Assembly (NCBI GenBank): GCA_973895155.1
Contig: OZ316895.1
Span: 8,916,184 to 8,980,183, forward strand
From: Marsupella aquatica
Taxonomy: Eukaryota; Plantae; Marchantiophyta
Length of the DNA stretch: 64,000 nt
Direction of reading: 5' to 3'
In this document: piece by piece, positions 49,401 to 62,415 of the stretch
Layout of the letters: every line of letters starts with the position of its first letter
Position numbering within the stretch: position 1 is the first letter of the stretch
Translations under genes and position numbers: made by a program
The notes under the pieces: generated by a model
What the model saw: the letters and a program-made list of their open reading frames with translations, nothing else
What the model was told of the DNA's origin: nothing
The model's database searches: none

Positions 49401-51955
49401 GAACCGTCTGCTATTGATACTACTCGTCTTAAATTTGAGGATCATTGAGTAATATGGCAACCGTCTTCAGGTTCAACATCGGCTGAGTAGCACACAGAGA
49501 TCTGCTGTAACAGCTGGTCCCCGTAGCAGTGCTGGGATGGAGCGTGACCGTGTGCGGATCCAAATTCTTGATGAAGCTGCAATTGTTCGTACAATCATGC
49601 TTCCCAATCTCTGATAAGCGCAAATGTCCATTGCTAGTAAATCAGGATTCTGAATTTGCTATATACAGAGAATCTAAAATATGACTATTCCAATCAAAGA
49701 ATGATGGTGACGTCTATCGTGCAGGTGTGTTCCACACTCAGTTTCAGTGGAGCCGGTGTCTTCAAGCGGATGAATCGTGGATTTGATGTTGTTGTCATAG
49801 ATGAAGCAGCACAGGCTGTAAGTTCTTCCCTCGGTTCACTGTTGTGGTTATGATGGAAATGCTATGTCGAGCTTTCGCTATAATCTATAATGAAGATAGG
49901 AGCGTATGGAAAGACACATAAGACTAGGTCTCAGGATAGATATTTAGGGACAACAGATGTCAATTGAGCTGGTTATTCGTCCGTTGCAGGTTGAACCATC
50001 TACGATGGTTCCATTGACACATGGTTGCAGACAAGTATTTCTGGCACGTATCCTCTGCTCGTTCTGATTCTAGTCATTTCTGTTGCATAGATTCTGCTGT
50101 TGCCATACTTGCACCTGAGAATTGTAGAAGTTTTTCTCTCGAGTAGGTTCTTTTTGGTAAAGGTGAAGGTACCTCTTGGGGCAAAAATTGACCAATTTTG
50201 GGCTGCAGGTTGGGGACCCGGTTCAATTGCCGGCGACTGTGCTCTCCACCAGCGCCGTTGAGCACGGGTAAAGTCTATCGCCAAGGAAATGGGTAAATCT
50301 GGTCAAAAGTAACGAATAAGTCGCTTAGTGTGTAATGTCTTCCTTTAGTGCTGCTGGCTTGATTGCCAATTCCTGCAATAACAGTGCGTGGCTTTGACAG
50401 ATATGGCACAAGCCTATTTAAGCGGTTTCAAAAGGGTGGTTATCCAGTGGTGATGTTGAACACTCAGTACCGAATGCATCCTCAGGTATAGATCAACAGT
50501 GAGATTTGTTGGTTTCACGTTGCAAGTGCTGCCCGCATATCTCATCAAAGTGAATTATGGTATTGGTACTGTTATTTTAACTCTTTATCCGTTCGTGGGG
50601 CCCCTTCCTGCTAACCAGCATGTCCCTTTACGTTGCTCACAGATACGGGAGTTTCCCTCGAAAGAATTTTACTCGAATACACTGGAGGATGGCCCTGAAG
50701 TTCAGCAGCAAGCAAGCCGCCCTTGGCATGAGCATCACTGCTTTGGACCTTTTGTGTTTTATGACATTGCAGGAAAGGAGACTCAACCTCCTGGCAGTGG
50801 ATCATGGGTCAACCAAGATGAGGCTGAGTTTGTTCTTGTTCTCTACCAATGCATGACTGGCAAATACCCAGGTCTCAAGGAAGCTCCAAATGTTGCCATC
50901 ATTTCTCCTTACAAGCAACAAGTGAAGCTTTTGCGGGATTTATTTCGTGATGTAATCGGGGTTGAAGCCACCCGGCTGATTGATATCAATACAGTCGATG
51001 GGTTCCAGGTGCTGTCATTGACGTTCTCCTTCCCACTTACTCTTTATGTGATGTTCATTGTGCAGATGGAAGCTTGGCCTAGAACAAACTAATCTAACTT
51101 ATGGACGACGAGCATGATAGCTCCAGGATGCATTATATTACATGGAGATATATTTACTTAAGCATGGTTGTTTTCTCAGGGAAGAGAAAAGGAGATTGCA
51201 ATTTTTTCATGTGTTCGAGCAAATCCAAAGGGTGGTATTGGTTTTGTCTCTGACTTTCGGCGGATGAATGTGGGTTTAACTCGAGCACGAGCCTCCATGT
51301 TGGTATGTCACTCCCCGTGCGGTGAGACTTGTACTCGAATTTCATGAAAGAAGGTTTCTCAACCTCTTAAAGTAAATGATATCGGCACTCACTGAATACA
51401 CTGCAGGTAGTTGGTTCTTCGGCTGCACTAAAGCAAGATAAGCATTGGAAGAACTTGATCTCTAGTGCCCAAGAGCGTCGCCGCCTTCTGAAGGTATACT
51501 ACGTTCTCTCCACCCTGACAAGGAATTGATAAGAGAACTACACATACAGGGAGGCCTGATCTTTGTCTTCGACTATTTTGCAGCAAATTTTTCATACCAA
51601 ACTTTTCTGTCTGACGTTTTAGCTTTAGTGGAACTAGCTTGAAACATATACTTAACGTAGGAATTTTGCGTGACGTCAAAATGCTTTTTTAACAGTTCTG
51701 ATCAATCTACAGGTCAGCAAACCGTATCATACTCTCTTCTATGATCAGAACCTTGCTGCTATGAAGGCTCAGGAAGAAGAAGAAGGAGCCAAGCAACTTG
51801 CAGACCTTACTGCCACATCCGCAGCAGAGAAACCAGGCTGGGAGGACAAGTCAAAGGATATGGAGATGGAAGACATTGATGACGAGGAAGAGTATCCAGA
51901 TGAGGAGGATCTTGTCAACAATGGAGACTTCGACCAAGAAGAAGAAGACGTTTGA
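46451..51955 (+). CDS. MAA3: SEN1/senataxin-like UPF1-family helicase, MAGATAMA3-like (multi-exon)
   Basis: RLQKIVLSWDYYRL, LLLEECRAQI, ENDLLLLSKE, STILREY, QGPPGTGKTQTILG (Walker A), VLVCAPSNSALDEIVLRL, FDVVVIDEAAQAVE, VGDPVQLPATV, QYRMHPQI, INTVDGFQGREK, RRMNVGLTRAR; acidic C-terminus; TGA at 51953-51955. Confidence 0.93.
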
Positions 51956-52808
51956 CCACTGGAAGTAGGGAAATTCTGAGCACGAAACGGAGGACTTAAG
52001 GACATTGTAACGACGGGGAAACGCATGTATACCAGTGATAAATATGAACTAGACTGTCCTTAAATCCCAAACTTCATCTGTGGCCGACTCTGGCACAACT
52101 AGTGTGATTATGATCATTACGACAAGATCACAACAAGCTAAGGTATCAGTTGTTTCAGAAATTGGACATTTGTGCTGGGCATTTTCTTCGCTAGTGACAA
52201 GTCCTTGCCACAAGGGAGTGTTGTCATTGCTAAATGCTTTCAGTCTAGTGTCATGGAACTGAACTGATCTGCTTCATGTCAATGCGCAGGATGCTGGTCC
52301 CTAAGTTTGACTGGCCTTCTGACGAGGAAATCAAATTACCAAAGGTGGAAAATAGTCTGGAAGCTGATTATCATTCCAACTTTTGCATCTCAAGGCTTTT
52401 ACCAAAGAGATGGTTACTTCTCGGTGGTGGTAGAAAAATGAAATCCTAGAAGACAGATACTTTAATGGAGATGGGGAGTGGTTGTTAATGTTAACACGTT
52501 CCATCCACTCGTGAGAAATTTGGGAAGTGAAGATGGAATGCACTAGAAACGACGCCATCATAGTACTTCATATGTGTTCACCATTATTGCCTTACTGGGT
52601 TCTTGTAGACATCAAAATCCATCCGCTGTTTCTCGTTTACATTCTTCTAATGTTGTCAACTTAACATTAATTCAGTTTACCTCAGAAGTATATGCTACGG
52701 GTACATAAGTTGTTGTATTTTGTATTTTTGACATTATCTTGGGAAAGTTTCATTTGGCTTGGACGGTTGCGAGACAATGTCAACAAGAAGGAAGGCACTA
52801 GTCCTCCA

Positions 52809-53130
52809 CAGGCCATGGGGGTAGCATGGTTCAGGGGAGGGGTCCATGGGAGCATCACTTTCTTTGTGCCTTGAAAGTTGAAATTAAGGAGACCCATCCA
52901 ACAGAGTATAGACATTATGGAACATGCAATTCTGTAGGGTAGCCACAAGGGGGACGATACATAGGGATCCCACAGAGACCCAAACCAGGAGGAATAGAGG
53001 GTTAAACCAGGACCCTGAGGCAAAAACAACCAAGGGCTGAAAAGTAACCAATAATCCCACAATTACACCCCACTCACCCACACATATATTTTCCACACCC
53101 CTTGCGTGTAGAGGAGGATTGAAACTGAGG
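52809..53130 (+). repeat. ~320-bp direct repeat, copy 1 (copy 2 at 54389-54700)
   Basis: caggccatgggggtagcatggttcaggggaggggtccatgggagcatca...aaagtaaccaataatcccacaattacacccca...gaggaggattgaaactg in both copies. Confidence 0.9.
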
Positions 53131-54388
53131 TCCGTGGTCCATGGGGTTTACAGGCTATGGCGTCCAAAGAGGTGTAGAGGAGGATTGAAACTGAGGTCCG
53201 TGGTCCATGGGGGTTACAGGCTATGGCGTCCAAAGAGGGAACGATTAACTAAGCATAAGTAGACTAGTGAAATTGGGAAAACTATGCCTGAGAGGAGCCA
53301 TGGCACTGATTTACTAGTAACACTGACGTTTGTAAATCAAGAAATCCCCCTGCCAGGCTCCAAGAATTACGGCTCAGAACCCCGTTGCCAGGTTATTTTT
53401 TAGTGTTTTCCTTCATTTTTGAAAGTGGCGAATTTTGCCTCTAATGCTTCCAAGGAAGTACATACTCAAGGCATGTATGATTCTATATTCACTGTCAGAT
53501 CTTCTACAGTTAGATCTCACCTATCATATTTTTGCAAATATTTGTGAATATTGAGAATTGCAGCCAATCAATACTTTTAACAAAAGAAAATTTACAACTT
53601 TCAGTGAAAATTGACTTTTATTCAAGGGTTGTGACTGTTTTTGTGCAATTTTGTAAGAAGTTAAAAAAGGAGCCTGTCCACAGACTTGCTTAAGAGGCAC
53701 GACAGGTAGCTCTTTTCTGACAGAAAGTGACACAAAACAATTCAGCAGGAAAGACAAAAGTTTTTCAAAGATGCAAAAGAATTCCAATTAAAGTATTTCA
53801 AAAACAAGCACCAACACATCAGTGATGAGTACATGGGACATTTAGCCTAGATGGACCTCCACGTTTGCCAAAGGGTAGGCTAGATTTTTACAGCCCAAAT
53901 AGACTAGAGCAAATTCCCCTTCTGCTCATATATTATATATGATTACACTGATGAGTGAAATCTGACAAGAAAAAGAGAGACCTCTTTTGAAAATTGGTGT
54001 ATCTTTCAATTCTCAATGAAACTGACTATATATTATATTGGAAAGATCTTTCAAAACAGACTCTAATGAAGCCAAGAAATAAGATTCCATTAGATATGGA
54101 GGGAGGTACTAAATATCAGAGTTAGCTGCTAAAATACTTTGACAGCATATAGTGAACAGCAGATGGGTTGATCTTTATAAGTTCATAACTCTATCAATTC
54201 TTCAAGTTATTAGACTGGTTGGAAAGACCTTTCGAACTCACTTCTAATAAGCCCAAGAAGAGATAATTCTATTGCATAGAAAGAGAGATAGAAAAGGTCA
54301 AACTTTGCTGTTGCAGATAATTAGGAAATGAGAAAGGTGAATAAACAAAAGTGTAAAAGATTTCACAGCCCAAGTGCTTTGCATAGTT

Positions 54389-54700
54389 CAGGCCATGGGG
54401 GTAGCATGGTTCAGGGGAGGGGTCCATGGGAGCATCATTTTCTTAGTGCTTTGAAAGTTGAAAGCAGACCCATCTAACAGAGTATAGACATTATGTTCCG
54501 GAGCATGCAATTCTGTAGGGGCGCCACAAGGGGGAGGATACACAGGGATCCCAAAGAGACCCAAACCAGGAGGAATAGAGGGTTAAACCAGGGCAAAACC
54601 AGCCAAGGGCTGAAAAGTAACCAATAATCCCACAATTACACCCCACAACACATACCTATTATTTCCAAATCCCTTGTGTGTGGAGGAGGATTGAAACTGG
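54389..54700 (+). repeat. ~320-bp direct repeat, copy 2
   Basis: Matches 52809-53130. Confidence 0.9.
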
Positions 54701-54877
54701 GATATATCCCTGGTCCCTGGGTTCTAGGTGAATCCATGGGAGCATCACTTTGGAGTTTCCTAATAGGTATAATATGAAAGAAAATACACAATGGATAGGC
54801 ATGATATAAAAGAAAACCCACAACGGATAGGTTTAATATAAAAGAAAATCCACAATGGGTAGGTGTAATATCTTATA

Positions 54878-57800
54878 CTAGCCCAATGCCCGTGCTTTGA
54901 ACGAAAGATATATGTCAAGGTGATAAAAAGATCTCGAGGTGATAAAAGATGTCGAGGAGAGGAGAAAAGATATTGAGGAGAAAAAAATGTTAAGGAGAGA
55001 AAAAGATGCTGAGATGAAAAAAGACGTTGAGGTGATAAAAGATATAAAGATGAGAAAAGATGTCGAGGTGAGAAAAGATGTCGAGGAGAGAAACTTAAAG
55101 ATATTGAGGCAATAAAAGATGTTGAGTTGATAAACCCATAGCCCATGCACTGCAAAATTGTCATTACAACCATTTTATTATTGCCACTATTTCATTGTTG
55201 CAACCAATTGTCATTGTGACCATTTCATTGTTGTGGCCATTTTTATGTGTGGGGCCATTCATTTGTGTCCTTGGTCAATATGGTTATTCCTGTATTGCCA
55301 CGTTTCTCCTCCGCTTGGTTGTGGCCTTTCTTCTTCAGTTTTGACAGGGTGGCTTTTGTCATGTTTAGTGGACCACTTTGCATTCCACCATCTTTGGGAG
55401 CTGTCGTAGCACGCTCACATCAACGGACAGATATTCACTCGCACCGACTCCTCAGCGGACACATCGACGAGTGCTTCAGCTTTATTCCCGGCTGTGCCTG
55501 CACGAGCTCAACGGTTTCCTAGGCCAGTGGTGGCGCCGTTTCTCGGATTGACACGGTGGGCTCTCTCCCTAGCCTTCCCTTTCGTTTCACATGTCTTGGT
55601 TGGGCCTTTTGTCGCTTCTTGATGCGCTTTTGCTTTTATCGGGTTGCGGCCTATCATGTCTATGTTGAGAGTGTTGGCGCGGGGCAAGCGCCCAGCCCCA
55701 CCACACACTTCTCCCCCTCCTCCCCCCCCGCCTCGTGGTCGCCTTCGTGTTTGCTCTTCTTCATTGGATCTCTTTCATCTTCGTGATAACCCCATGCCCG
55801 ATGCTCTGCCAGTCTCCCCAGTCTATTGCCCACCCCATCGACGCCATGGCTCCTCTCCCCACCCCATACCCCCTCCACCCCTCCAGCATCCCCCTTCGGC
55901 CTCTTCATCCAAGTCTGTTCCCCCCCACCTCCTATCCAGTCGTTCCCTGCTCCCTCCCCAGACGAGCGTCCCCTACATACTTGTCCTGACTGTGGCTGGG
56001 TTGGCCTCTCCCTTCCTCATCATCGCGGGCGGGGCCGGTGTCAACGTCGCCAGCAAGCACAATCCCAGCCCCAGCCCCCTCTTGACCCAGTTAGCTCTGC
56101 CCCTCCTTCCTTGGAGGCTTCCGAGCAAGCATGGAGTTGGGTTCGCACTCTAGACCCCCTTCCAGCCTACCATCCAGGGTACATTAGACCTCGCCTTTAT
56201 AACCACCTCCCACTAGCGTTGCGCCCATTAGTTTGGTCATCCTTGTTGCAACTCATGCAGCTTATCTTGGCGCATCCTATAGAGGTCTCCTATTGGTCTT
56301 TACTCATGCTATTTCCACAGTGGACTCTTACCCTCCCTAGTCACGGTGGTCGTGTGGGTCACCGTGAGACTGCCTCTCGTATCCATCATTTTCTACGGGG
56401 AGATTGGGAACAACTTCAGGAAGAGTACTTTCTTTGAGCCCGTTCCTTTACTACCCGTGCTTTGTCTGACCCAACTCGCCACTCTCATCCTCCAGAGCAT
56501 AGACGCCTTCGTCGCTCTTGTCGTTTAGCCCAGGCTGGTGAATATATCGTCGTGCTGTCCAGGCCCTTTCTCCCATCACACCAGCCCCCCTGGCGAGGTC
56601 ACCTTGATGGCCCTTCAAGATCTCCATCCACAGCCCTATGATCAGCTCCCTTTGTTCGTGGAGGATTTTGAGCTTGAGGAGGATCTTCAGTTTAGTAGGG
56701 ACCACTTCACCTATGCCTTTCTCCATGCCCCGCGTTGCGCAGCTGGTGGCCTCTCTGGCTATGTCTTTGAGCATTTTCGTGATTTATTCCCCCCTGAGGA
56801 CCCTCAGTCTGGTTTTCCAGTTTCTTCTCCTTTTGCCAGTGTATTGCAGCCGGCCGTTTGCCTCCTTCCGTCTCTCGGCTTTTGAGTGCTTCTCATTTAT
56901 TGGCCATGGCTAAGTCTTCACCGGGTGTTCGGCCCATAGCTATTGGAGAGGTTTTTCTTCGTCTGGTGTCTCGCACACTTTCATCGTAGTATCGCTCTGC
57001 ACTATCAGATCATCTCTCTCCACATCAGTTTGCAGCTCGGTTTGCAGTGGGCGTTCCTGGCGGTTGTGAGACAGTTAATATTGCGGGTATTCGTACTACC
57101 TTGGACCTCCACCCTGATTGGGTTGTCCTCCAGGTTGATGTCTCTAATGCTTTCAATACGGTTTCTCGGGCAGCAATTTTTTGTGCTTTGAGGGTGGCAG
57201 ATCCAGACATCCAGTCCCTTATCCCCTTTGTCCGTTGTTTTTATGGACTCGAGGCCCCCCTCTTCTATAGTCATCATACCTCTACAGGAGTGTATACCAC
57301 TCTTTCTTCTGCAGAAGGTACACATCAGGGTGACCCTTTGGGTGGGCCTCTTTTTGCCATTGCCCATTTTACTGCTTTAGGGGAAGCCTCCGCGGCCCAC
57401 CCCAGTGTATCTTCCCCTCCCTTTCCGATGACACCCACATCATTGGTCCACCTGCTGCGGTTACTTCTGCCCTCGCCACCCTTTCCACCCATTTGTTGGG
57501 CCTCGGTTTACGGGTTCAGCCGATGAAGAGTCGTGCATGGAATCCACCTGGGTTACCCTCTGATCTTGCGCTTCCCCCTAGGTTCTTACGTCCAGCCGAC
57601 GGTCTTCGGGTCCTTGGCTCCCCACTTGGTACCGCCTCCTTTTGCTCATCTTTCATTGCTAACGCTCTACAGGCTGCCTTAGCCTCTACTCCTATGCTCC
57701 CTAAGTTAGAAGATTCTCAGGCAGCATTTGGGTTGTTGTTGAGATGCATCCACCCTCGTGCGTCCTATTTGGCTCGGACACATCCCCCTACCGAGGATCT

Positions 57801-59781
57801 GTATCTACACTCCGAGTGTTTGATGTCTCTATTTGTGAGACTTTGGCCTCTCTTTTGGGGCCAGGTACTTTGCTCTCATCTCCGTGGCTTCATCGACAGC
57901 TCAGTCTTCCTATTTCTCACAATGGTTTTGGGCTTACTTCCACTGAGCGCCTTGCACCTTTGGCCTTTTTGGGCGGTCGCCTTCTCATTGTTGGCAGATC
58001 GTTTCCTTATTGAGGATCGACCTTTTTTACTTTCATCTCTCATGGAGGTAGAGGAGGGTTCCCTCCCATTTCAGGTTCATTTGCGCGCGGCACGGTCATC
58101 ATTATCAGATCCTGTTCGAGCTGCATTACCTTCATTTCAGGAGTTTTTATCCTTGGACCCCCTCCGTCTCCAGGCAGACCTTGCTGGGCGTATGCACGCT
58201 TTCACCCTCTCCAGCGTCCTCATCGAGGCACCTGACACGGACCGAGCTCAGATTCTTTCTCCCGGAGGGAAGGGCATAAGAGGCTGGCTTCAGGCCAACC
58301 CAATCATTCCTCACCTACGGATGTCTTCAGTGGAGTTGGCGACAGCCATGCGTCTTCGTATGGGCTTGCCCCACCCACTTCTTGTTGGTTTACCTCCTAC
58401 TTGCACTTGTGGGAAGCCTTGTGATGCCACAGGTGTCCATCTTCTTCGGTGCAGTTTGGGCGGCGAAACCATTTTTGTTCACGACGCTGTGAGAGATGCC
58501 ACTGCTCAGGTTCATTCTGGCTCTTTGGTCTGCGCACGACGGGAGGTGGTGCTCGAGTTACCTGGTCCTCCATCACAGCGGTTATGGGTGGATCTTACCA
58601 TGGTCCAGGAGGGTCAACGTACTTTGGCAGATGTAGTGGTGGCAAACCCGTTGCGCCAAGACATCATTGGGACAGCGGCAACAACGGCAGGGGTAGCAGC
58701 ATCATGAGCAGCAACAACGAAGGAGGCCAAATATGCTGCACGAGCTTCATCTGATAGCTTCCTGCCCCTTGCTCTTGAGATATTTGGGCGTCTCCATCAT
58801 CAGTTTGATGGGCTTCTTCGCCAAGCTGCTTGGGATGTTCACGGCCGGATGGGTCCCACCGGACCCCGCTATCTGTTTTGACCACGCACTTTCGCCAACG
58901 TATTTCAGTCACCTTACAGCGTGCTCAAGCTCGGGCCATCTATCGTCGATCTCTGACAGTGGGTGCTAGTGTGACTCCGCAGCGGCTAGCCCCCCTAGAG
59001 GACATTCCAATCCCACTTGCCGATTTAGTTTCGACACTTGATGTAGACCATTAGCTTTTTGCCACTTTTGCTAGGAATGATGGGGACCTCGGTCCATTTG
59101 CGGTAGTTTTAGTTCATCTTTCTTGGGTTTTAGGGGTTTCCTTTTGCTCACTTCTTTTGCGTTTGGTTATGTCCACTTGGGACCTCTCTTGTTTATTCTT
59201 TTGTACTCTATTTGGCCCTTGTATGTAAAAAGTATGTGTTTTTCCTTCACATATGGTTATTGCAAAAAAGAATTAGGATTTAGTGTTAAATAATGTAAAA
59301 TAAGAAATTAATTTAGTTCTCCCCTCAATAGCCTTTTTTTCCACTTTCCTATGAATGTCTTTTAAACTGAGAGCTCTAATTTGTAATGTTCTTTTTCTAT
59401 ATGTTTACATTAATTGAATGTGACAAACATGTGTCCAAAAGTGATGTGAGTCTACTTAGATTTTCTTGTTAGATCTACCTACCCATTATAGTCACATGTC
59501 AACTCACATTCAATTTCCAGTCACCTTGATATTTGAATCCTTTTATTGATACCTTGATATTAGAATCCTTTTATGGATGTTAGTGCCATAGTCTAGGTGT
59601 GGGTGGAAGCGCATCCCTGTCCCAAGCTAGGAGAGAGTCTTTATTCTTCCTTTCACCCAATCTCATGGACAGGAATATTTAGGCCTTAAATCCAAGGGTC
59701 ATAATGAGTTCACTCCAAAACTGCATTTTGTAAGCAGACGATAAGTAAAAAAAGGAGGGGTTGTATATTATAGTGAGTAGA
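54878..59781 (-). mobile_element. Probable non-autonomous Helitron, hosting the CRE element
   Basis: Minus strand begins A|TCTACTCACTATAATA at 59781 and ends cgttcaaagcacg (degenerate hairpin)...ggcattgggCTAG|T at 54878; inserted between A and T. Confidence 0.55.
55150..59269 (+). mobile_element. CRE-clade non-LTR retrotransposon (RT plus restriction-like endonuclease), frameshifted; 5' end approximate
   Basis: N-terminal CPDC..HH..C zinc motif; RT motifs VRPIAIGEVFLRLV, GVPGGCE, LQVDVSNAFNTVSR, GTHQGDPLGGPLF, FSDDTHI; CTCGKPCD..HLLRC...HDAVRD zinc knuckle; RLE-type VDL..LADVVV..KEAKY..FLPLALEIFG; T-rich 3' UTR and a short A-run near 59264-59269. Confidence 0.88.
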
Positions 59782-61503
59782 TATAAAACACAAAGGAAAG
59801 CTAGAGTTGAGGTCTAGGTTCTAGAGTGAAGCCTCTAGACCATGACACTAGTGCTCCACAATAATACATGTGCATAGAAAGGAGGATGTTATGATATGTA
59901 TGCTTGTTAAAATGATGGGGCCCATACATGATGGTTTTTTTGTTCATTTCACTTCAAAGAATGTGAATACTAAATATATTTTGTTGACACTTATTGTCTT
60001 CTCATCTATTACTCTCCTCTATTCACGTTCACAAAACAGTCTGGGCTAGTAAAGCAAAATTCAATGATTGTTAAAATGATGGGGCCAGGCATGATGGTTT
60101 TTTTATTATCATTTCATTAATCTTCAAAGAATGTGAATAGTAAATGTATTTTGTTGATATTTTTATTTTACTCTCCTCCATTATTCTCTTCTATTCACAT
60201 TCAAAACCAGGTAATTGGGGCTAGTAAAGCAAAATTCAAATGGAAGCCTTACAAAGCCGACACCTCTTCTATGGGAGGCCCACTCCCTTGGCCCAAACGA
60301 GAGGTAGACCAATCGCCACCACTCAACTCAATTCCATCCCTTGTGCTTGTTTTCTTTTCTTCCGCTCAGTTGAACCTCTTCTTTGTGTTCCTTCGATGTA
60401 TATACGTTAATTAAATATTAAAGAAATCTATAATATTCAATATCTCTTTTTCCTTGTAAGCTGCTATGTACAGTAGTTTCTTCACTGAGAGAAAGAGAAG
60501 TCTAATTTACAAATACTAGCCCCAACTTTCGGTTCTTTAAATATAAATAGAAGAGAGAACAATATAGCATGCTCATCCTCATCCTGGAACATGTTTTACT
60601 TTTTGTCTTGTAGTGATATTAAGTGGACAAAATTAAAGAGTAAGACTAGAATACATATTAAATGTGAATGAAATCAAATAATATAAATAAAATACATGCA
60701 ATAAAAGCACATAGTGACCAATGGAAAATACAATTTTATTACACAAAGTTGCTACGAGTTGTGCACAATGAAATCAAATAATATAAATAAAACACATGCA
60801 ATAAAAGCACATAATGACCAATGGAAAGTACAATTTTATTACACAAAGATCCTACGAGTTGTGCACCTATTTCAGTGTGTCTTATTAATGACTTTTATTC
60901 AATAAAAACCATAAACTTAGGAAAGAAAGCCACAAGGGGACCTTAAGACAGGATGTGCTAACATTTCTTAGAATCATTCCTCTCACTCATGAGTATACTT
61001 AAAAGGGGTAGAAAATGAAATCCTTAGTTTCTCTCTAGGACTTAACAAATTATACAAATTAAGGGGGCTGCCAAAATAAATTCAAAACACTATAGAATAC
61101 CAAAAATTTAAAGGGGTCCAAAAATGAATTAAAAGTCTATGTGATACAAAGGATGCCCCTTGTTAAGGTACATTTAAATAAAAATTCATGATACACAAAT
61201 ATGAATAAGACAAAACATGAGAGTTGGATTCACCATATAGCAGCTTTGTGTAAAGTGTGAACAAAATAGATTTATTATTCCCATTCTCTAAAGGTTAATA
61301 AAATGAAAAAAAATTCATCATGGATACAAAATCATCATGCCTGGGCCATCATTTCAACCTTTTTTTTTGAATTATAGATATCGATCATGACAACCTTTTT
61401 TTCTATGCACAGATATATTATGGTGGAGCATCTAGAGTTTTCATTCTAGAAGCTTTAGACCTCAGTTCTACTGTAGCTTCCCTTCCACTTTATATATATA
61501 AGA
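59782..61503. repeat. Diverged ~170-bp inverted repeats (59782-59950 and ~61320-61503) bracketing AT-rich repeat DNA
   Basis: gaggtctaggttctagagtgaa..tgctccacaataata..tgtgcatagaaa..aaatgatgg versus its reverse complement ccatcattt..ttctatgcaca..tattatggtggagca..ttcattctagaa..tagacctc. Confidence 0.7.
60562..61242 (+). repeat. ~680-bp dispersed direct repeat, copy 2
   Basis: Near-identical to 28596-29270. Confidence 0.95.
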
Positions 61504-62415
61504 AGATGAAAACCCGATGTCCGCTTTATGTAGAAGTAGATGAAAGTATGAAACCCGATTTCCCCGAAGTTTGCGGCACAAAACAAGGCGTTTCGCCAAT
61601 TTCGAAGATTGGCAGGAGCGAAAAAAACAGGCACACAAATCGAGAAGCTCTCGACTGCCTCCGATTCCTCGTGACCGATCTCCGCCACTGCTCCTCCACC
61701 ATGAACAATCGCGCGAGCCCAGCTTCCAAATATTGAAAGAAACTAAGAAAGAGTGGAAACTGGAAAGCGCGAATTGGATTCGTCATTATTCTCGAGCTGC
61801 GGGACCGATTGCTGGTCACGTCTCTTCTGCAATCGAGTATTGCCTTTGTCGGCGTCGATGACGGTGGCGATGACGATGCTGCGTAAAGAGGGCAGGGAGC
61901 CGTTCGGGTCCGCGTTTCGGATGTCGCGGACTGTTGCTTGGTAATAGGCATTGACGTCAAATTGGCGGAAGAGAAATTCATTCTTTCAAACGTTCGGCGG
62001 AAGAATTTGAGACCATGTACTACTGTAGATGTTTTCTCGGCGTGCTTTCGGGAGTCCGGTCTCACCCTGATCGTTCCTTCTTCTGTGCGGAGAGAACAGC
62101 TGATCTGCTGATGAGAGGAGCGACGAGGAGAGACGAGGGGAGACTGGAACTGAGAGAAACCTCGGAAACAGTAAGAATGGGATCGCAGTCTGTGCAAACG
62201 AGGAGGAGGTGAGGGTACGGAACTACGGCGAATTAGTGGTAGCGCAGTGGAGTTGTTAATTATTATCGATGGAGGCAATGATAATTGTACTGCTGAGATG
62301 GTCTGGGAATTCGTTAGTTTCGTTAGGGTATGAGAGGGCCACGAAGGTCGGTCTCGATGCGTGTCTATAACGATTTTAGAGACTTTGCGGGTGTGAGGGC
62401 GTGTGTTTGAGACTG

